Notes under the pieces: generated by a model
Seen by the model: only the letters and a program-made list of their open reading frames with translations
Database searches by the model: none
Told to the model about the DNA's origin: nothing
Program-made: the position numbers and the translations under genes
Assembly (NCBI GenBank): GCA_051294905.1
Contig: CM119371.1
Coordinates: 6,264,001-6,328,000, forward strand
Source of the DNA: Botryllus schlosseri
Taxonomy: Eukaryota
DNA: 64,000 bases
Direction of reading: 5' to 3'
Shown here: piece by piece, positions 1 to 12,718 of the stretch
How positions within the stretch are numbered: the stretch's first letter is position 1
Layout: every line of letters begins with the position of its first letter

Positions 1-720
1 AGATATAGTTATCAAGGTACATGCCCCTGATTGGAATCGCTGGCCTTTTTGCCTGATATATCAGGTGAGCAGCGATGATTATCCAAGTTGAAGTAATTTA
101 ATAAAAAAATATAATATAGTGTGAGCACAGGACACCGATTCCAAACAGGTACATGCCACTTACTACTCACATGAACTATTCAGATCAATATATATATGGT
201 TGTCTGAGTCGAAAATAGCATTTATGGTGAGTGAGTGAGTAAAATGAGACCAAAAATACTGCACAATTCGTCTTGAAAACAAGCCCAAAAAACTGAAGCA
301 TCAAAAATTATCTCAATAAGCTAGCTGTGTCTGTAAAGTCCTTAAAGTATTGTCCCATGGTCTCTCTTACTATCCCCCTTCACTCAGAACCTAACATTGA
401 AAAGGATGCCCCCAAAGCAGTGCTTCTATTATCGATCAAGTTGGGTGATACTTTTGAGACGTAAAGTACTTGGTAACAATAATTGGTCTTTTCTTCAAGA
501 CTTTTTGTTCTAAAAAAACGATTTGAGACCAAATTTGTATAATTTTATGCTCTTGGGCCATGACAACTTTCCGGTCTCATTTAAGACCACAAACAATGTT
601 GTTTCATGATTAGCGAAATCCGACTTCAATACAAGACCATAAAATTGGATGAATCAAACACTGTCTTAATAAGAACAATATGTCTTATAAGATGCGCTTT
701 ATTGGTCTTATTTCAAGACA
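1..720 (+). mobile_element. Partial copy of non-autonomous CACTA-type element (same family as 39300-40635)
   Basis: Colinear similarity to ~39430-40470 (agatatagt.atcaaggtacatgcc, aagacc/ggtctt motifs). A further CACTACAAAAA left-end fragment starts at 732. Confidence 0.7.
26..149. mobile_element. 124-bp MITE with 8-bp TSD
   Basis: TIR CCTG(A/T)TTGGAATCG. TSD TACATGCC at 18-25 and 150-157. The empty site is present in the paralogous CACTA copy near 39447. Confidence 0.8.
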
Positions 721-3562
721 TGTCACAGATACACTACAAAAATAATAAGACATATTTGTTCTATGATCTTGAAGTGGCTTATTATTGCCAAATTGTTTTT
801 TTTCTATTTACAATTCGAACTGACAGCTCTATACATTTACTCATCTTGTATTTATCTTTCCTTTTCATTGCATTCAACTCTTTTGTTTACTTCTTTCTTA
901 CTGTTACTTTGTTATTGTTCTGGCTTACCACTGTACGACTTGTTTTTAATTTATCTCTTGACTCGAGACTCAACTTTACCAACACTTTTTTTCACTCAAA
1001 ACTGTCTGTCTGTCTTGAAGTAATTGACATACTGGTAACACTCCACCCTATCCATCCAATTGTATTTTCAGAGAGCTTCATACAGAAGAATGCCCTGGTC
1101 CAAGCAGCAACACCAAATAGAAGAAGACTTGCCTCTTGAAATAGTTGCGGATTTATTCTATCTTCTCGAACTTGGTGATATCTGACAAAAGATCTTGGCC
1201 AACTATTGATAAGCTTTCTGCCAGACCAAGACCTTAGCCACAATGCTATCTGGGACTTTCAAAGTATGGATTTTGGAATGGCAAGCTCAGCTGGTGAAGA
1301 AGACATCGGATCTTGGACACTGCGTTGTCTCACTGTAACCGATGTAGCAAATGAACAGTTGGTTCATGAGCGAGGATTTTAATATATATATTATACCAAT
1401 AATGTTGAAAATAGTAGAAAAATCACTCGTTTTACTATTGTGTCGTCAGACTGCTTAATCTTAAAGTATCTTATTTTGTCATTGCAAACTATTGTACAAT
1501 GGTTGTTCTAAAGCACGGGGGTGTGAAACTGAACTTGCGGCTGAAAATGATCGTAAACTGTGCGTTTTTATTACAAAGCAATTTGTTACCATTTACTTGT
1601 ACTTTGCTGTACAATTTATTTTGGGACGATGGCAAGCAGAGAAGAGGCACTTTGCAGTCTAGTATTCTTTTTCACCGTCCTAGTGTTAGAGCGATGGATG
1701 GATGGATGGATGTGAATTTACTAGCTTGGGAGATAGGAGAAAAGTCAAAATTATTTCGCAAATTTCTTGTTGGCAACCCTGGTGAATATTCTAAAATATC
1801 AATGGTGGATGGGGCTTGTTGGATGTGGGATATTTATAAGAGTCACATGATTCTGAATAATATTTTTACGGGTTCATATACATGTATTATACAGGGATAT
1901 GCGAATAATTTATAACCTGTCTTTGTTGACGTCCACTACCTCTAGGTTCACTGGCAAGGCAATCCTGTCTACGTCAGCGAAAGAACCTGAGTAAACCAAT
2001 AAACAATTCAGAAAATACAAGCTTCATACTCTTGATTACTGTGTAAAGTGTTCCTGTCATTTGTGAGACCGGAAGACTATGTTTGCAGCAGTTGAGTAGG
2101 CTACAAAGGCAAAAATACAGTTCCACGCTTGAGGCAACTGTAGTGAAGAGTTAGGATGGGGAATTTCGCTTGCAATGACATGAAATAACTGATCAGTAGT
2201 GTAGCAACAAGTTCAACTAAAATTTCGGGCCATCGCCTCATAGAAAACGAGAATAATTCGATCAATATGTTTCTATTGCCATAATGGGAAAATCAAAATA
2301 TACGCTACATTTTAGGATGGTAGGGAATTTTCCTACCAGTAAATCACGACATAAAAATGTGATTACATATTTCCAAGATTTACTGATGAAAACTTGATAT
2401 GGTACGGTAGAGTTCGACCATTGAGACGGACTCCATTTTAAAATGCAAGGATGCAATGGATGGCGATTTCATAATGCACCCACCAAGACCGTTAAATTAC
2501 ATCATCAGCAACTAATATTAATTGTATCCATGATTCAGAAAAAATGGATCCACTTTGATTGTCCTTCTGCGACAACGTTCACCTGACAAAGTGAGCTCTG
2601 TTTTGGCTACTAACAAAATCAGTAGCCTTGAAAAAAGTGACCTAGTGAGAATGTATTTTTCGGATATTGTTGGGCGTCCATGAAATGTAAAAATACCTCG
2701 ATAGAATTAATCAAGTGTTCTATTTGCATCTAGTTCGGGCACTGTCGTGCTTGGCTGGGGTTGCTTAACATCTAGCTTGCAAGCCACTGCGTCATCTATA
2801 ACGTTGAGATGCGGCTAATCCATCACATAGCTCTTTGTTATGCAAATCAAACAGAATATAACGAAACTAGATATAGTTTTATGGCATGTTTTTTAAATCA
2901 ATTCTTTACGCTTAGCACAAAACCTGATAAAAGTTTCAGTAATAAGTTGCAGTAAAAATAGAAAATACCTTCGAGTCACAAGTCAATTCGAGTAATTGCA
3001 CATTCGGGCCCCAGCCAAGTCACAATGTCATGTCAAATTTTCGATACATGATCAAACCCGTTGCATTTTGCGGGATGGATTTACAATAATTATGAATGGA
3101 GAAACAAATATCGAGTTGATTACACCTATAACAGGGTGTTGTAAGGCCTTTACATGTACACAGAACTATTAGACCAATTCGGTAACTGATATATTATGAA
3201 ACCTTGCAATGACATCATATCGTATATGTTGCAATCCACAATTCACCTACACATCCATGAATGCGAGTCAATTCAATCCAATCCAAGTATTTGAGACGAC
3301 GAGTCAGTTTTGCAAAGTGACTAAGTCATGTCATCGGACTGAGTCGTCCCAACACTGGTCATTACTAAACAAGGCTGCGGCACCTTCGTCCAAACTTACT
3401 CAATTGATATTAAATCGATAGCATCGTCACAGTCAAATGAATGCTGCCGTTTTTAAATAGCAAAGTTATCATGATACACATAAACCAGCCAAGCCAACCA
3501 CTATTACAATCGTCAAGTAGTGCACCATTAAATTACCACATCAATTAATGTATGATCAATTC

Positions 3563-3935
3563 TCAAGATGACCGCGAACATGCTGTCTCGTCGTCAGCAG
3601 ATAAAACTCCAAATTCGTCCGATGTACACGATGACGTCGTACTACTGACGTCATTCCTGTCTGTTTCGGATTCGGACTCAGTGGACTCGTAAGCGTAAGT
3701 CTTGGAGAAGCACGTCGTCGACGTCTTCCTGATCATGTTCTTCAATGCAACCTGCATCCTGCTGCGCTTTTTCTCCGTTTTGCTTCCGCTGGTGGCGGGT
3801 TTGGCTGGTGTGTTGTCGATTGCGACTTTGGTTTGAGATGCTGTCTCGCTCGTATAGAAACCCAGCTTGTGCAGATCGGAGAGCCAGCAATTGTACCGGT
3901 GGATACGCTGTAAGCTTTTTCCTTGCAGACCTAAA
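3563..3935 (-). CDS. Protease-like gene, exon 8 (terminal)
   Basis: Acceptor ttgtacag. (H)LGLQGKSLQRIHRYNCWLSDLHKLGF...ACSRSS*. Confidence 0.75.
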
Positions 3936-6900
3936 CTGTACAACAAAGTTTGATGATCAGCATGAGGTTACTTCTGACCAGGGTCAATCTGACTTTTATA
4001 GTGTTGACTCGAGTCAAGTCGAGTCATTTTCAATTCACCACCAAGTCCAAGTCAGCGAGCAGAGGAGTCACGGTATTATGACTCAAGTCCAAGTCATTGT
4101 GTTGACTGCTCAGTTTTCAGCAAAAGTCTTCTTAAACCCACTTTTTATAACTCTGTTTCGTGATATCGGATGGTTCGAATTTATAACATACTAATTTTCC
4201 TCATTTTCACAGTTTCTGATCGAATTTTCAAGTACTAGTACCAATAGACGAAATCCCAATAGTGTGGTTACTTTAGAATTCTTCAAAATGACCATGAAAT
4301 GTCTGTCTGAGTCTCGAGTCATATGATTGCATTCGAGTTATCCACAATGACTCGAGTCCAAGTCGAGTAAATTCACAGATTGAACTCTAGTCGAGTTCAG
4401 TCATTTCGGTATTTTGAGAAAATGACTCGAGTCATTACAACCCTGCTTCTAACTAGCATGGAACTTTTAAATGGGGTATAGACCCAGCCGACCTGCAATG
4501 AGGACCACTGTCTCTCCTGATCGCTCACCCTTTGCATTCAACCCGGTAAGAGAGGTCAAAGTATTCATGGTTGTTACTCGAGTGGAAGTAGTAACGCCGT
4601 GAATTTATACGACATACGCACTTGGGCTAGGCAAGAGCAAGCAGTCAAAGCTACTTTCAGTGCACCCAAAAGGTATAAGTAACCTACTTGTAACTGATAC
4701 AGTCCATCCTCAAGATTACCGGACCACGACTGACCTATCGATCTCGCTTCCAATGACATGCCGCCCTATTTCTTGTCGCTTTCTTTTTTCTATACTGTAT
4801 TCTTTACTTTCATTCAGTGTGCATGCCTCCTCTTTACTACGCCTAGGCCAAGGTGGGTGTCCGATTCCATTGACAAATCCAAGTCGCTTCGACATCTTCC
4901 TGTCTATTCATTGTATCGCATTTTTTGTGGTGTATTGAACTGATAAAATTGCTAATAAACCAATGATGATTACCTCTTCAAATACCAATAGTCCAAATGA
5001 CGATACTGGCGGAAGTGTTTACGAATAACAAGCTGATAGAGAGTATCCTGAACGGCAGAATGAATAGTTTCCAACTTACTGATAGATATGTCGTGCGAGT
5101 GCATCCGCTGTTACGTTTCTCACTAATCGAAAGTACACCCAATACCAGATCCACGTCTGGCACATGACGTCGTTCTTGTCCGTCTACAAAATAAAATAAC
5201 ATCTCTACATGCTCCGGAATATCGCTAAGTTGAAGTAATCACTTGAAAGTTGATGCCTTTGGCCGCCTGGAAGAATTTGATCGGACGTCCCAGCCGAGGA
5301 CTCAAATAATGATGCATCCACATACGGACTTCTTCAGAACCCCGTCGATCTCCGGATGGTCCTGCTGTGAATAAAACAACTCAACTTTATGATATGCTAT
5401 TCTTTCAAGAAGCGTACAACATATGCACAGCGGTATTCATCAACTATATAATTAATTATTGCCCCATGTAGAGTCTCTCACCAGTTAATATAACCGTCTA
5501 TGACATCAAACTATGCTTTATGATTGCAAGCATTCTGGTTGCTCTTTTATTAATTTTTTGATATTACGATAAGGGGGCACGAAAAAATATCATCAAGGGC
5601 GTCGTGTCTAAACAAGTTTGAGAACCACTGCATTAGTACTTTAGATCATCACATCTGCGAAGTATTAATGATTGTTCGGTTATGTCACATCAGACTCACA
5701 CTAGGTCATGCTCATCGAGTCATCCAATTATTGACTAATGCTGAACAATGCACCAATGCAGAGCCTCATTAGTCATTTTTGTTAGTCGTGATTATGCATC
5801 TTTCCATTTCGAAAGCAGCCACCTATTATTATTATTATACTGAGTCTGAGTACTGCGTATTGTTCAAGTCTTGCCAGCACCAATTACTGGAGCCACTCTT
5901 ATAACTCTGTTTGGTGAAATCAAATGGTTCGCATTTATAATATATATACTAATTTTCCTCACTTTTAACAGTTTCTGGTCGCATTTTCAAGTACCAGTAC
6001 CAACAGACGTAATCCCAATAGAGTGGTTACTTTACTGTTCGTCGAAAATACAATGAAATGTCGGTCTTGGCCGTCTGAATCTCGAGTCATTTGACTTGGT
6101 TCGAGTCATGCGCAATGACTCAAGTCCAAGTCGAGTCAATACACAAATTGACTCAAGTCGAGTCAAGTCATTTCCGTATTTTGAGAAAATGACTCGAGTC
6201 AAGTCTAGTCATTAAAAAATCGTGACTCGAGTCATTACAACCCTGCCACTTCCACATGGAATTGAGTTGATATGTAAAACGATAGAGCTGCTTGTACTTG
6301 GCCGACTACTTTGGACATCTCTGCATATGCATTACGGGGTTATAGATAGTAGTTACAGTAGGTATAGTTGAAGAAATGGTTAGCGCTTCAGCGTAGAGAT
6401 TATGTAGTGCCACATAAACGGATTTCTAAACGGAAAGGGAATATTTCAAAATTGATTTAATTCCGCCGACATCACAAAGTCGTGCTGTTTGAAAAGCTAA
6501 TTTTGTTGGAAAAGAGTAGGGTTTGTATTGTATGAACATGGAACAGCGATGATATTATGGAAAGTATGAGCTCACCAGGGTCGACATACTCCACGTAAAT
6601 ATGGGCAGGCGTTTCCTTGATGTACGCGACCGTTATATGCTGCGGGAGACCGATCAAGATGATTGTGTTCTGCGGAATACGAACGCATCATTGAGGTCGA
6701 AATTCAAACTTGATGTAATATCATGTACGCACTAAATAAAGTCTTCGCCGCCATCTCCCTGGCAGCAAAATACTCGCTGGTGCTATTTTCGGCCTGTACA
6801 CTCCATCGGAATCGGTGCTGAATCGAACATCGCAGTCTGGGCACGGATCCTCATCCAGTGGCTGTCAACAGAGCAATGGAGGTATAATCGGAAGCCAAAA

Positions 6901-9836
6901 ACTTTAACATGCTATATACTCAATAGAGGTGTTCAATAACAAAGTACTTTTGACTGCTAGCGGTAATCAAGTAGCATTTTTATGCTTTCATTACCAAATT
7001 GGTTATTCTTTCACACTACTTCCGATTCTACCTAACAGATCTTGACTCAAAAGAACTCATATTGTACCGGTTGCAATGACTCGAGTCACGTTATTTTGGT
7101 GACTCGACTTGACTCGAGCCATTTTTTCAACTACGGTAAATGACTCGACTCGAGTCAATTATTGTATTGACTTCACTTGACTTGACTTGTACGAGTGCAT
7201 GATTGGAACGAAGTCAAATGACTCAAGTCTAGGATGACCGACACATACATTTCATTGTAACTTCGAAGAATAGTAAAGTCACCACTAGGGCTGGGCACAA
7301 TGATTCGAGTACTTGAATCTGAATCGAGTATTAATTTTAATGATTTGAGTCGAGTAGCAAAAGAGGATTTTTTCGAGTACTGAAATTATACGCTCCTCGT
7401 AACTGAAAGTTAATTTACAACCGACAATTATAGTTTTGATACTATTTTCCACTGAGGAAGCCTTGAAACCTTGATTGGCTGTGTCGCAGCATAATAGACA
7501 TAGTACAAAGCTGCGAACGTTACTGAAAATAACACATTTCCGAAGTGATGATCGTTCCACAACATTGTCAAGAAGTGCAATGAAGTCGGTATATGGTCGA
7601 AAAAATACCGAATTATCATTAATGTGATGGGTTACAGGCATTATTTTCTTCGTTGGTGGCATAAAATGTACATATTTGAACTTTGACATGGTACATTATG
7701 TTGTGACGTCATAATGAGTGATACTCGAATACTCGACTCGAAGCATTTTACGTGATTCAGAATCGAATCACTCAGGTACTCGATTTTGCCCAGACCTAGT
7801 CACCACATGATTGGTATTTCGTTTATCAGTAGTCAGTACTGATACTTGGAAAATAGGACCAGAAAGTGTTTAGACTGAGCAAAATTACGATATTATGAAT
7901 GCGAGCTATTCTATATCATTCGAGCAGAGTTGAAAACATAAACACTGGGTTGAACCAAATTGAACTGAAAATGAGCAGTGAACATAATGACTCGGACTCG
8001 AGTCTAAAGACTATGACTCGACCTTTTACTAGCTGACTTGACTTGGGGGTGAATTGAAAATGACTCACCTTGACTCGAGTCAATACTATAAAAATTAGAT
8101 TGACTTTTGACCCTGTTTTTTACAATTGCACATTGGCCCCCCCTTATCGTCATATCACAAAATGAAAGCAGAATGCTAGCAATCCCATTGGATAGTTCGA
8201 CGGGACAGAAGCTGATGACTGTTGATGAGAATTCTCAAATATGAAATTCGGACTGTACACAGATAATTACCTATGAATTGGGGGTAAATTGCACACGGCG
8301 CGAAAAAATTTCAGCTGACTGCAGTTTCGTGCCACCCTTCAGATGCTTTCACGCCGCCCAGTTTGAGAACCACTGATCTACAATGTTCTTTTCAATTCTC
8401 TACTATTTTATATTATGCAATTGTATATTGAAGTTCTGTACCTCCAAGAGTGTCTCAGATAATTGACTCCAATAGAAATACGAAGAAACAGGGAAATCAA
8501 ACAATAATGTTGCACTGTAACTGACCTTATCATACATAACCTTCCACTTGGGATGCTTCCACAAGTCATAGTTGATGCACGGGGGTAAAACTGATACATT
8601 CACCGAATGTGAGTCCATGAATCGCTTCATTATGCAGTTGGTGTGGTATTGCATCAGACGCCATTTCTCATACAGTGATATCGACCGACCTGTCCAGGAA
8701 AAGTATACATTTCTCAACCCACAACGACCATAAATTATATCCGTCAGGAGACTAATCGTCTATATTTATATATATATCACTTTTTGGAAGTACTCAAGTA
8801 GGTTTGCCTACTTTCGCTATTAACTCAAGTGGTGATGTTTCATACTACCTTCACTACTAAGACTACAGATATATACTTTTTTAAACAGAACTATTCTTTT
8901 ACACTCCAAACTCGGTAAAGTAGAACGTAGCTTTGGGACGTGCTTGCATCAAAGACAGATGGTCATAGGAACTGGTTGAAATAGCCCGTGTATTACAGTA
9001 TCTAAATATATTTGCTAAAATTGCACCTATTTCTAGTGTCATTAGGATTTTATGTGATAATCCTGACGATATATCTTGCAATTTCAAAAGTAGTTACCTC
9101 CAATTCAATGCTAAATTTGTACGACCCCTTGATAAAATCTACTGTTTTGAAACTGCTTAATTCAGTACTCTTCAGATCTTTCAAATTCTACTCCCACTTG
9201 AAGTAGTTTAGACATGTCCTAAGAGTAACGACTTCTATGCTTGTGTAGAAAATTATGGCGTTCATCCAACTTCTACTTGAGTACTGACGCTGACTACTCC
9301 CACCACATCTCAATGCCAAATCTACCAAGGAATATCATATGTTTTCATTTGGAAGCATTGCATTCAAGTTATAGAATATAAATGTAGATTAGCCTATTGG
9401 CACACATAACATAGGCTTACCTCCAGCTGCTTTTAGTTTAGCTCTTCGTGGAATGAAATGACGATTTCCCGGCGGCAAATGAACGCTACCATAATCGCCA
9501 TAGGTAGCCTTCCCATCTAAGTCAAACCTGAAAAATATAGCATGAAAAGCATGTTGAAATAATTCTTACCTCTGCATAGGCCTATTGATGCTATATCTCC
9601 CTTTTACTGACACACCAGACAAATCAGAACACACGACGGTTTATCGCTTACCTCGGCTCGATGACATATTCATTTATTCTTGACGATGTAGACGTCTCTT
9701 GACAATCGTGAATGCCAGTAGAACAAGACGGCCTATCACAATCACTGACTCTGCAGTAACGGCCTATTCGCTTGGAGCTGTCTATGTTATCGCACGACAC
9801 ATCTTGACGGAGTTTTCCCTTGAACATTAAATTCAT
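3563..9836 (-). CDS. 8-exon gene, ~425 aa, putative clan CE-like (Ulp1/adenain/viral-type) cysteine protease with Ser/Thr/acidic C-terminal tail
   Basis: Exons 9836-9652, 9527-9421, 8689-8526, 6861-6733, 6669-6576, 5364-5243, 5183-5080, 3935-3563 (1278 nt). All 7 introns are GT-AG with matching phases (2,1,0,0,1,0,2) and there is no internal stop. Motifs LPQH..EYVDPAG..INFQTDKNDVMCQTWIWY. Start codon uncertain; protease call is inference. Confidence 0.8.
3980..4445 (-). mobile_element. GACTCGAGTC-rich hAT-type MITE, partial copy
   Basis: Reverse-complement similarity to 49514-50074; ends ...cattacaaccctg. Further copies at ~5890-6245, 7068-8115, 27503-27903, 48775-48867. Confidence 0.75.
4698..4971 (+). 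mobile_element. LINE 3' end fragment (family of 60890-63152)
   Basis: Near-identical to 62871-63140, including the ctaataaaccaatgatgat tail. Confidence 0.9.
5080..5183 (-). CDS. Protease-like gene, exon 7 (putative catalytic Cys)
   Basis: ttttgtag/gtaagt boundaries. TDKNDVMCQTWIWYWVYFRLVRNVTADALARHIY. Confidence 0.8.
5243..5364 (-). CDS. Protease-like gene, exon 6
   Basis: ttcacag/gtgatt boundaries, followed by a 59-nt intron. GPSGDRRG...KGINFQ. Confidence 0.75.
6576..6669 (-). CDS. Protease-like gene, exon 5 (putative catalytic His and Asp)
   Basis: ttccgcag/gtgagc boundaries. NTIILIGLPQHITVAYIKETPAHIYVEYVDP. Confidence 0.8.
6733..6861 (-). CDS. Protease-like gene, exon 4
   Basis: ttgacag/gtgcgt boundaries, followed by a 63-nt intron. 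PLDEDPCPDC...RRRLYL. Confidence 0.75.
7286..7798. mobile_element. 513-bp hAT-type MITE nested in a GACTCGAGTC MITE
   Basis: TIR TAGG(G/T)CTGGGCA. TSD GTCACCAC at 7278-7285 and 7799-7806. Partial copy at ~33900-33998. Confidence 0.85.
8526..8689 (-). CDS. Protease-like gene, exon 3
   Basis: ttttcctggacag/gtcagt boundaries. RSISLYEKWRLMQYH...KVMYDK. Confidence 0.75.
9421..9527 (-). CDS. Protease-like gene, exon 2
   Basis: tttttcag/gtaagc boundaries. FDLDGKATYGDYG...KLKAAG. Confidence 0.75.
9652..9836 (-). CDS. Protease-like gene, first coding exon (start uncertain)
   Basis: Donor gag/gtaagc in phase 2 matches exon 2. First ATG after the in-frame TAG at 9872-9870. Confidence 0.55.
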
Positions 9837-11847
9837 CTCATTGGGCCCTAACCTATCATGTGGAAACAACTAACGACCTAGCCCGGCTTCATGTGCTATC
9901 GCGTTGGTGGCGCTTGTAATGAGAGATTGCGTTGGCGAAAAATATTTTTGGACATGCATTATTACGTCACAGTTGCTGGTCTGAACAAAATATCGTGATG
10001 AACAGCTGTTGACGATGCGTACTATTTTTTCATCAGTAGTCAATTTGCTGGTGGAATGACTGCATTTGATTGTCGTGCAGCATTGATTCATATCCACATA
10101 ACTAATTCAGACTACTTTCATATACTACGTATAACAGATCTGCCTTTATCCATGGCCGTGACCTAGTAAAAGCCAAAGTCACTCAACTATGACTTTGGTA
10201 AGAGCTGCGCGCCAGACTTGATGTCAATCAACTATCATCATCATCATCATCACCATTGGTTTATTAGCAATTTTATCAGTTCAATACACCACAAAAAATG
10301 CGATACAATGAATAGACAGGAAGATGTCGAAGCGACTTGGATTTGTCAATGGAATCTGACACCCACCTTGGCCTAGGCGATGTAAAGAGGAGGCATGCAC
10401 ACTGAATGAAAGTAAAGAAGATAGTATAGAAGAAGAATGCGACAAGAAATAGGGCGGCATGTCATGGGAAGCGAGATCGATCATCACCATTGGTTTATTA
10501 GCAATTTTATCAGTTCAATACACCACAAAAAATGCGATACAATGAATAGACAGGAAGATGTCGAAGCGACTTGGATTTGTCAATGGAATCTGACACCCAC
10601 CTTGGCCTAGGCGTAGTAAAGAGGAGGCATGCACACTGAATGAAAGTAAAGAATACAGTATAGAAAAAGAAAGCGACAAGAAATAGGGCGGCATGTCATG
10701 GGAAGCGAGATCGATAGGTCAGTCGTGGTCCGGTAATCTTGAGGATGGACTGTATTCAGCCTGATTTGATACCGGTACTTGGAAAATAGGACCTGAAATT
10801 CTTTAGACTGAGGAAAATTATTATTTTGTATTTAGTATTTAGTATTAGTGTATTTTGGTTCGATGAAAATAAAGACTCTCTCTCTCTGGAAAATAGGACC
10901 TGAAATTCTTTTCGGTCGATCATATGATATTTGGACGACGTGGACGCGCGTGTGTTGTACTCAGGGCTGTGAAGTCGGTAAATTTTACCACCGACTCCGG
11001 CTCCGACTCCGACTCCACACATTTTCAATATACCGACTCCGACTCCGACTCCGACTCCTGGGTCTTTAAACGTACCGACTCCGACTCCAGCATTATTAAC
11101 AATTTACTTCGAAAATTATATGCCACATTGTCGGTTGAATGACTATCATACAACCATTAAACATATGCAAACATATGATTAACTGTGGTATGCTAAATTG
11201 TTTCATTGTGGCACAGCTCGAATTATCCAATTACCATGAAATAAAGATTTGGTAAATATCCTTCCTTATTCAAGTTTTTATAACATGGACTCTCTAATAT
11301 CCTGAAATGTATGAATCATTCAAATATGGCAGATATCCAATCCTGTATAATAAAAATATAGATAAAAAATCCAAGGGTATAGCTCTTGTGTATGAGTCAG
11401 CAACTAATAAAGCGATTGAACTTACTAATTTTGTCATTGCACACTATCCTGATTACAAGCACACACACTCTTACTAATAATAGACATTGGTCATTAATGG
11501 AATTTAATTAAGTAGTCAAAGACCATAGCCTATGTCTAGTCTACATGTACTTAATCAAGTATTCAAGGATTGGGACTTGCAGTCTTTCTTAATCATTTGT
11601 TCACCCAAACAGCTAAGCTACACTACAAATATTTTTAATTTTGACAAGTGGGAAGCACCGTTTGGTCATATTTACATCATTTTTACAATTTTACAAAACC
11701 AGCCGATGCATTTTCTCTGTCACAGTATCATGGTATCATTCCAAAAATTGCATCAATTTTGACTACATCGCGAAAACACATCTTGCGATTTTCTTCCTCT
11801 CTGCAACTGAATTGTAATTTGCAAGTTATATCTAATTTTATCTATAT

Positions 11848-12686
11848 CAGGGGTGGGCAACTTTTTCGGCGCAAGGGACACCTGAGATTTGCGAACCATT
11901 GCGCGGGCAACTGGAATGTTGATAACCTTTTTTTGTCGTCGATAGGAGCGAACCTAATTAGGTAACATTGCAAAGTAGTCTTATATTAATACGCTCTAAA
12001 ATTGATTACAATATGTCATGCAACTGTGCAGTGCGCAATCAGGCCCTGTTCGCGCGAAGCGCGAAATTTTTTTGCAAGATAACGACTGAATTAGGCTATA
12101 GCTATATCAATAAATATGTCGCTAACATACATTGGGGGTTGCATCTGTATACCACTGGGCTCATTTGGCAAGGACAGGATTATTCGACGTTTAGACATAG
12201 CAAAATCGACGGTATCAGTGAACATGCCTCTATCATTTCGTGTAAATGTTTTGTCGACGATCTCGCTGCGAATGCACAAGCGAAGCCGCATCTCCTAATT
12301 GCGAATATAGTTAGAATCAATTCAGTGAATAATATGTATTTATAATTTTCAGACCGGGGCTCAAATACTGAATGCAAGAAATCTAGTGACAATGAATCAT
12401 CCGAAGTACCGAGAAAAATTTCAAGTCAAATAAATCTGCTATGAAATATTCTACTTTATGGTCATCTACGAAGATCTGGGATAAATGTGGCTGGCCCCTG
12501 GATACGTCAATGCGTTAGAACTGTTGTTTTAGTCATCAACAAATTTCGCGGTCATGCTAATCAAATTTTGGTTGGCCTTGCAATTGGACCTGATGTCATA
12601 AATAATTTCGAGAATTACCTCGCAGGCCACACTTAACCTTCTCGTGTGCCAAATTTAGCCTGCGTGCCACGGGATGGCCGCACCTG
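11848..12686. mobile_element. Older hAT-type MITE nested in both GACTCC elements (also 17441-18286)
   Basis: Ends CAGGGGTGGGCAAC / GGCCGCACCTG. Degenerate 8-bp TSD atctatat/atctgtgt. Confidence 0.55.
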
Positions 12687-12718
12687 ATCTGTGTGGTTAA
12701 TAATAACAGTGATTCGTG

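Noticed and set aside
606..1139. 177-aa hydrophobic ORF
   Set aside because: Spans CACTA repeat remnants and T-rich DNA; compositional artefact.
960..1360. Possible decayed L1/Tx1 ORF2 C-terminus on the minus strand with an A-rich tail
   Set aside because: Only a faint CPR...H.FE.P..W resemblance across stops and frameshifts; cannot be supported without a search.
1916..2100. Exon-like minus-strand segments (SFADVDRIALPVNLEVVDVNKD)
   Set aside because: Splice-like ends, but I could not build a consistent multi-exon frame or recognise a protein.
3678..3930. Alternative frame for the last exon of the protease-like gene using the tttag acceptor
   Set aside because: Also phase-compatible, but the upstream tacag is the first AG after the pyrimidine-rich tract and gives the longer frame. 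Not excluded as a minor isoform.
7285..7689. 134-aa ORF
   Set aside because: Lies within a 513-bp MITE; no transposase motifs.
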